NCBI GenBank assembly: GCA_016931535.1
Contig: JAFGEP010000114.1
Coordinates: 26,412 to 90,411 of the forward strand
Direction: 5' to 3'
DNA: 64,000 nucleotides
Origin: Bradymonadales bacterium
GTDB taxonomy: Bacteria; Myxococcota_A; Bradymonadia; JAFGEP01
Positions 58,760-64,000 of this stretch are shown in pieces (the stretch's first letter is position 1; each line of letters opens with the position of its first letter). The notes beneath the pieces were generated by a model that was not told the origin of the DNA, made no database searches, and worked only from the letters and a program-made list of their open reading frames with translations. The position numbers were made by a program, and so were the translations under genes.

Positions 58760-60202
58760 TCACCCCGCGGCCAGGGCGGCCTCCTCCTGTTTGGAGAGCG
58801 ACTCGAGGATGCCAGAGAGGATGGTCTCCAGCTCGGCGCGGGTCTCGGCATCCGCCTTTTTCCCCTTCTTGTGGATCCGCTTGAAGAGGCGGGCGAGCTG
58901 CTTGCGATCCGAGTCTTCGAGGTTGGCGACCAGCCCGGGGTTTTGGGGGTCGTGGTCGAGATGGACGGTTTCTCGCCGGGCGTGAGCCCAGTCGCGGATG
59001 GTGAGCCAGTGGAGTAGCGCCCGGTCCAGGACGATCCAGGGGAAGTTGGGGTTTTTATGGGGGCCGATGCGGACCAGCTTGTGTCCGGACAGGCTGCGCA
59101 GGACATTGCGGGGGCTGGCGAGGCGCCGGGAGGCGTAGCGGAGCGAGGTGGCGCCGCCGGCCAGGGCGCCGATCAGAGTTCCGGTCAAAAACGAGGTCCC
59201 TCCGACGGCTGCATCGATGGCTCCACCGGTGACGGCGCCGGCGGTGACGCCGGTCCACAGCAGCTGCCCGGCGGTCAGCCCCAGGATCTTCCAGCTGGCC
59301 TCGGCGAAGAGGTCGCGTTCCCAGACCGGGGGTTCGATGGCGGTCTCCTCGCGTTTCAGGTCGTCGTGCTTGTAGAGCTTCTCCACGAAGCGCCTGGCCT
59401 CGTGCTCCTGGTCGCGCAGAGCCTGGTGGAAGCGGGTGACGAGACGTTCGCCGTGGTCTGTCGTCACATCCTGTTCGGAGACGGTCTCCTCCAGGACGAA
59501 GGTCAGCTGGTCGAGCAGCAGATCCACGATGACGCGGGTCACGGCCTGGCGCCGCTGGCGCCAGTCGTTGACCAGGTGCTCGATGGCCTCGTCCAGCGGG
59601 GCCCGCCAGTCCTCGCGCAGCTCCCGCATCCCGCGCAGCAGGCGGATCCGCTCCACGAAGCCGACCTTGTGGGCGTCGAAGGCACGGACGATGCTGAAGA
59701 ACTGGTCCAGCTCCTGGTTCCACTCGGCGATGTGGTCCTTGTCGGAGATGGTGTTGATCAGCGCCATCCGCGGCTGGCCGGTCCACTGGAGGATCTCCAT
59801 CTCGGCCCGGTACTGGCGCCGGAAGGGCTGTGACCCGTCCACCACGTAGAGGATGCCGGCCCCCTGGATGACGGGGGAGAGCAGCTCGCACTCCTGCTCG
59901 AACTCACCCGAGCCGCGGCAGCCGGCGACCAGCTGCCCGACCGCCTGGCGGCGGCTGCTTCCGCCTTCCTCCAGCTGGCGCAGCCGGGATAAAAACTCGC
60001 GGGCCTGCTCGAAGCCGGGGGTGTCCACCAGGATGAAGAGATCCTGTCCGTCCACCGCGATGGGGTACTGGCGACAGGCCTGGGTGGTACCCGGGTAGGT
60101 GTCGATGGCCACCTCGGGGTCCTCGGCGAGTGTGGAAACGATGCTCGACTTGCCCTTGTTGACATGGCCGACGACGGCAAAGACCGGTGGTGGCTGGCTC
60201 AT
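58760..60202 (-). CDS. GTPase (MMR_HSR1-like) fused to a DUF3482-like membrane domain
   Basis: G1 VVGHVNKGKSSIV, G3 LVDTPG, G4 NTISDKD. C-terminal hydrophobic Gly-rich TM region WTGVTAGAVTGGAIDAAVGG. Confidence 0.7.
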   Translation of the reverse strand: MSQPPPVFAVVGHVNKGKSSIVSTLAEDPEVAIDTYPGTTQACRQYPIAVDGQDLFILVDTPGFEQAREFLSRLRQLEEGGSSRRQAVGQLVAGCRGSGEFEQECELLSPVIQGAGILYVVDGSQPFRRQYRAEMEILQWTGQPRMALINTISDKDHIAEWNQELDQFFSIVRAFDAHKVGFVERIRLLRGMRELREDWRAPLDEAIEHLVNDWRQRRQAVTRVIVDLLLDQLTFVLEETVSEQDVTTDHGERLVTRFHQALRDQEHEARRFVEKLYKHDDLKREETAIEPPVWERDLFAEASWKILGLTAGQLLWTGVTAGAVTGGAIDAAVGGTSFLTGTLIGALAGGATSLRYASRRLASPRNVLRSLSGHKLVRIGPHKNPNFPWIVLDRALLHWLTIRDWAHARRETVHLDHDPQNPGLVANLEDSDRKQLARLFKRIHKKGKKADAETRAELETILSGILESLSKQEEAALAAG

Positions 60203-61929
60203 GTGTCCTCCACCAGGCGCTCGACGCGGAGGTAGGGGTCGCCCAAGGCAGCGAGCTTGGTATGCCAGATGTGCCAGTCCTCCTCGCCGGGCGGGATCCA
60301 GGTGCCCGGTTCGCCACGGTCCGCCACCAGCGGTGGCTCGATCGGTCCTTCGCCCCCCGGTGGGCGTTCCTCCAGGCCGGAGGCGATCGGTTGGGCAGGT
60401 TCCTCTTTGCCCGATCGGCTGGCGGGAAGGGGGCTTCCCTGTGGTCTACCACCCGCCGGATGGGTGGGGGCTTGTGGTTCCTGCAGGTCGAACAGCCCGA
60501 CCACGAGGGGGAACTCGAGACCGACGCTTTCCCGCAGCTTTCTCAGGAACTTCATGAGCTCGCGGGTGGGTGGCTCGAACGACTCGGCCAACAGGAGGAT
60601 GACCTCGACCCCCTGGCGCTTGGCCTCCTGCAGACTCTGGCAGGCGAGGGAGTCGATCTCATGCTCCAGCACCCCAGCCTGGACCATCTGCTTCACCTCC
60701 CAGCCGAATCGTCCCTCGAGAAGCTCTTCCAGGATCTGGTGGGCAACCGGAATGTCGCCCCAGACGGCTACTGCCGCCGGGATGGCGGGCCACTGGTCGA
60801 GCCCCGCCTGGCCACCAGTCGGGCTCACGGTAGCCGGTATCGTCACCCCTCTCTCGGGCTCTCTGGCCCTGGTGGTCACTACCGGCAGGACCAGCCGTTC
60901 GTACAAGGCGTCGAAGTCGCCGTGGCGCAGAGAGACATGGCGAAGTGCAGAGCGAAACTTGAGGCGGGCCGTGATCCACAGCAGCAGCCGCGGCAGTAGC
61001 CCGTAGACCGCCAGACTGAGCAGTAAAAAGGCCCACCACCCTCCTACCAGGATGGGATCGGCCCCCTGCGCGGTCGGTCCGGCACCCAGGTAGCTGCCGT
61101 CCAGGCGAAAGTACCGGCTCGCCTCCACCATCTCGAGCGAGGGACTACCCTGGTCGAGAACCCAGGACCAGGGGGCGGCCACGATCGAGACCAGCGAATG
61201 GAACGCCTGGCTGTCCAGGTCGAGGGTCGTGCTCCAGGCGAAGGCGAGGTCGGAGAAGGCGATCAGGTAGAGGGAGGTGGCCAGCGCACCCAGGTTGAAG
61301 GCCAGGCCGAAGCGCTTTTGCAGCTCCAGTAGCAGCCATTTCTCGGCGGGAAGATGGACCCCGACCAGCGATCGGATCTGGCCCTGGGCGGCCAGCAAGT
61401 TCTGCCGCCGGTCGCCGGGTAGCTTCTGTAGTAGGCGTCTCGATCCTCGGCTCAACCGCTCGCCCAGCCAGCGTAGCAGGGAGTAGAAGCCGAACAGGCC
61501 GCCCTGACGCTCGCCTCTGCGCCAGATCAGCACGGTGGCGGGGAACAAAAGCAGCAACCCCAACTGGAGGAAGACGAACACGGCCAGGAAATGAACCACG
61601 TTGACCGGAGTCGTCCCGTCGAAGTGAAGGACCAGGGAGGCGGTGCTGCTCCCGCTGACCAGGCCTAAAATGGCCAGCACCCAGCCGATGGTGCGGTACG
61701 CCGACTCGATCTGGTGTCCTGGAAATAGCTCCGGCGTCGAAGAACGGCGGCGGTCGAGCCATCCCAAGAAGAGGCGGCGGCGGAAGGCCGGAGTGCCCGG
61801 CCTTTCGGTAGAAAGAGCGGGTACCAGCGTGCGCCCGAGCTCTCGGTCGCGCGACCGGAGCTCATCGGGTTGGCTCGATCGATCCAGCAGGCAGCCCATC
61901 TCGAGATCGATGAGGTCAGCGAGCTTCAC
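60199..61929 (-). CDS. DUF2868-like polytopic membrane protein, ATGA-coupled to the GTPase gene
   Basis: Multiple TM segments, and a conserved pairing with DUF3482 GTPases. Its stop overlaps the start of the GTPase gene. Confidence 0.55.
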   Translation of the reverse strand: MKLADLIDLEMGCLLDRSSQPDELRSRDRELGRTLVPALSTERPGTPAFRRRLFLGWLDRRRSSTPELFPGHQIESAYRTIGWVLAILGLVSGSSTASLVLHFDGTTPVNVVHFLAVFVFLQLGLLLLFPATVLIWRRGERQGGLFGFYSLLRWLGERLSRGSRRLLQKLPGDRRQNLLAAQGQIRSLVGVHLPAEKWLLLELQKRFGLAFNLGALATSLYLIAFSDLAFAWSTTLDLDSQAFHSLVSIVAAPWSWVLDQGSPSLEMVEASRYFRLDGSYLGAGPTAQGADPILVGGWWAFLLLSLAVYGLLPRLLLWITARLKFRSALRHVSLRHGDFDALYERLVLPVVTTRAREPERGVTIPATVSPTGGQAGLDQWPAIPAAVAVWGDIPVAHQILEELLEGRFGWEVKQMVQAGVLEHEIDSLACQSLQEAKRQGVEVILLLAESFEPPTRELMKFLRKLRESVGLEFPLVVGLFDLQEPQAPTHPAGGRPQGSPLPASRSGKEEPAQPIASGLEERPPGGEGPIEPPLVADRGEPGTWIPPGEEDWHIWHTKLAALGDPYLRVERLVEDT

Positions 61930-62046
61930 CGGTGTCCATCCTCCCGGTCGGCCGTCCGGAGCCTGTCGGGCTGGATCGATCGATCCGCCGAAGAGCCCCG
62001 CTTGAGATCGATGAGGTCAGCGAGCTTCACCGCTGTCCATCCTTTG
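61898..62046. repeat. Roughly 45-bp direct repeat (two copies about 100 bp apart) covering the start codon region of the DUF2868 gene and its upstream leader
   Basis: gagatcgatgaggtcagcgagcttcaccggtgtccatcct (61900-61941) and gagatcgatgaggtcagcgagcttcaccgctgtccatcct (62003-62044). Confidence 0.75.
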
Positions 62047-62133
62047 GTCACGTGGTTTCAGGAAGTGCCGAGCCGATGCGTTGGGCAATCCGGCTCGACG
62101 TCCATGAGGGTGTTGCGCCTCATGATTTCCTTT

Positions 62134-64000
62134 CTACGACGGCCGTCTCCGATTGGCCAGAAAACAGGCCAGCAGCATCAGGGCGATCCAGGGAGCCTGT
62201 GGGTTGCCTCTTGCCGGTACGGAACCACAATTGCATCCGTCATCTTGCGGTGGTTCCGTCCCGCCGGCCTGGTCCCCGCCGGCCTGGTCCCCGCCGGCCT
62301 GGTCTGTTGCTCCCCCCCGATCATCCTCCCCATCCACCTGGACGGTCGAATCTTCCCCTGCATCCGTCGGACTGTCCGGCGCCAGGTCCCCGGCATCGGG
62401 CAGTTCCGGGCCTCGGTCGCCGGCGTCGGGAGAACTGTCCGGGTAGGGATCCCAGTCGGCCTCGAACGGCTCCACCGGCACCTGGTCGGAGATGGGGATG
62501 TGGTAGTCGCTGCCGCCGTTGTTGTCCCAGGTGTTGTCGGGGTGACGGATGACGAAGTCCACCACGGTGACGTTCGATCCGGCGGTGAAAGGCCCGATGT
62601 CGGCCTGGTAGAAGCCGTCGCCATCGGGGCCGGTCAGCGGGGTTTCCACCGACTGGTCGTCCCCGAACGCCTCGCTACCGGCGGGCCAGTAGACCTCGTC
62701 GGGCTCCTGCCAGCCGTTGATGCCCCAGTGGAGCCAGCCGGCCTCGGGCGAGTAGACGGTCACCACGTCGTTCTTGGAGGGGTTGGTCGGCTCCCAGTGC
62801 ACCCCTTGGGGGGTGCCGCCGCCTCCTTCGCCGACGTAGACGTGCTGGATCGGGGATCGGGAGCTGTTGCCCTCGGTATCGGTGGCCTCTACGAAGTAGT
62901 CGAGCAGCACGTCGGAATAGCCGGTGACCTGGACGAAGTACAGGTCGGCGATAGCGGTGGGCAGGATGGAGGTATCGATCTGGGGGTTCGGGTAGGGTGG
63001 AGCGGCCGGGAAATCGCGGAAGGTCATGGGGTATCCCAGCCAGGAGCCGACGCCCGGTCCGCCGAAGAAGGTCTGGTTGTCATCGTCGGACAGCGGGTCG
63101 GAGCCGTCGTGATCCTCCCGGATCCACAGGGTGACGGTCTGGATATCGGAAAGGTCATAGGCGAAGGTCCAGACCCAGAAGTCACTGGAGGTGGTGGTCT
63201 CGCGATAGCCGTAGAGGGGCCCGGCGTTGATGCCGCCCGGGTTGTCGGGGTAGCGCTGGGGCAGCCAGACGGTCGGCCCGACCGGATCCTGGCCGCCGGC
63301 AAGGATCGGCTGGGCGCGGGCGATGGCTTCGTTGCAGGCCACCACCGGTTTGAGCTCCATGTCGAGCGAGCTGCCGTAGTACATGTAGCCGCTGTTGAGC
63401 GATCCCAGCAGGTAGTGCCAGGCGCGCTCCAGGGCGGTGGTCCCGTCGGTATCGGGGTGGAGCACTTTGGCCAGGTCGGGCGGTCCCGCCAGGGCGTCGG
63501 CGGTAAGGACGTGGTTGGTCGCCGCGGTGATGATGGCCCAGTTGCGCTCGTCCTCGGCCCAGCCGTTGGCCAGGTCGAACTGGCCGGAGCTGTTGACCAA
63601 CGGCCAGTTCCAGTTGAGAAAGCTGGGGGCGCCGAAATCTCCGTCGGCGTTGACCCAGGCGCCCGACTCCACGTGGACGATGTCGTCGACGGCGGGGGGG
63701 TGGTCGTCAAGGTACTGCTGGACCGTGGTGGGGGTGTAGCCGGCGGAGGAAGCGGCGTTCACCAGGTTGGGTGTGCACTCCATGTAGTAGCTGTAACCAC
63801 CGCCGAAGGCGTTATCGCCGTCATGGGCCAACAGGACCAGGATCGGCTGGGAGGTTTCATTGTAGGGGGCCAGGGCGTCCAGCGGTCCGAGGCCGAAGCA
63901 GGAGTAGCCGTCCTGCCAGGACTCGGACTGAGCGGCGGGTACGACGATGATGCGGGACTCGGCGCCGTTGTGGGGGTCCACGTATCGGGCGAAGTGGGGC
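62134..64000 (-). CDS. Partial (5'-truncated by window edge) secreted glycoside-hydrolase-like protein with two CBM25/26-like starch-binding-type domains, a DQAGG repeat and a MYXO-CTERM tail
   Basis: The C-terminus DDGCNCGSVPARGNPQAPWIALMLLACFLANRRRPS is MYXO-CTERM-like. It contains W/Y-rich beta-sandwich segments (VVTVYSPEAGWLHWGINGWQEP; TLWIREDHDGSD...YFVQVTGYSD). The ORF runs off the end of the window. Confidence 0.5.
   Translation of the reverse strand, partial: PHFARYVDPHNGAESRIIVVPAAQSESWQDGYSCFGLGPLDALAPYNETSQPILVLLAHDGDNAFGGGYSYYMECTPNLVNAASSAGYTPTTVQQYLDDHPPAVDDIVHVESGAWVNADGDFGAPSFLNWNWPLVNSSGQFDLANGWAEDERNWAIITAATNHVLTADALAGPPDLAKVLHPDTDGTTALERAWHYLLGSLNSGYMYYGSSLDMELKPVVACNEAIARAQPILAGGQDPVGPTVWLPQRYPDNPGGINAGPLYGYRETTTSSDFWVWTFAYDLSDIQTVTLWIREDHDGSDPLSDDDNQTFFGGPGVGSWLGYPMTFRDFPAAPPYPNPQIDTSILPTAIADLYFVQVTGYSDVLLDYFVEATDTEGNSSRSPIQHVYVGEGGGGTPQGVHWEPTNPSKNDVVTVYSPEAGWLHWGINGWQEPDEVYWPAGSEAFGDDQSVETPLTGPDGDGFYQADIGPFTAGSNVTVVDFVIRHPDNTWDNNGGSDYHIPISDQVPVEPFEADWDPYPDSSPDAGDRGPELPDAGDLAPDSPTDAGEDSTVQVDGEDDRGGATDQAGGDQAGGDQAGGTEPPQDDGCNCGSVPARGNPQAPWIALMLLACFLANRRRPS
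62255..62300. repeat. 15-bp tandem repeat x3 (ggcctggtccccgcc) encoding DQAGG x3 in the linker before the MYXO-CTERM tail
   Basis: Seen directly. Confidence 0.8.

Overview
This 64-kb window is high-GC (roughly 65-70%) chromosomal DNA, almost certainly from a myxobacterium (Myxococcota). Two proteins end in MYXO-CTERM-like sorting tails (GC motif, hydrophobic helix, RRRK/RRRP), there is a MopE-like Cys-rich metal-binding motif, many lipoproteins with lipobox cysteines, and a 1148-aa (3447-nt CDS) Ser/Thr kinase fused to TPR repeats. Coding density is high on both strands. No rRNA, tRNA, CRISPR array, transposase or integrase could be supported. The ORF table treats GTG starts as M; starts below were chosen by signal peptides, RBS-like purine runs and ATGA stop/start overlaps, so many are uncertain by tens of nucleotides. 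The window splits into five blocks. (1) Bases 1-6700 hold a DUF134 regulator with a perfect (GGTCAC)n microsatellite, a possible toxin/immunity-like pair, a YbaN-like membrane protein, two tandem paralogous lipoproteins and Cys-rich secreted proteins. (2) Bases 6700-14000 hold a MacA-MacB-TolC-type efflux operon divergent from an OmpR/CpxR-like two-component system, ending in a roughly 78-bp tandem repeat with GC hairpins. (3) Bases 14000-27000 hold a CotH-kinase/C-type-lectin lipoprotein, a PEBP protein, a discoidin-domain secreted protein, an NlpC/P60-like protein, an MFS transporter, oxidoreductases and a MYXO-CTERM Cys-rich acidic protein. (4) Bases 27000-40300 hold a four-gene operon (lipoprotein, alpha/beta hydrolase, outer-membrane beta-barrel, paralogous lipoprotein) with ATGA overlaps, an SSS symporter, a PHA locus (phasin-like, PhaR, PhaC, acyl-CoA synthetase with an AT-rich sigma70-like promoter), a parvulin PPIase and a 1-Cys peroxiredoxin. 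(5) Bases 40500-64000 hold the most unusual module: two DUF4157 (zincin-like HExxH) proteins with large variable C-terminal domains, a divergently transcribed double-domain AAA+ ATPase, a small TPR protein that could be an immunity partner, and AT-rich promoter islands. They are followed by a GH31 glycosidase, a giant STPK-TPR kinase, a ceramidase-like lipoprotein, a DUF2868/DUF3482-GTPase pair and a partial secreted glycoside hydrolase with starch-binding-like domains and a MYXO-CTERM tail.
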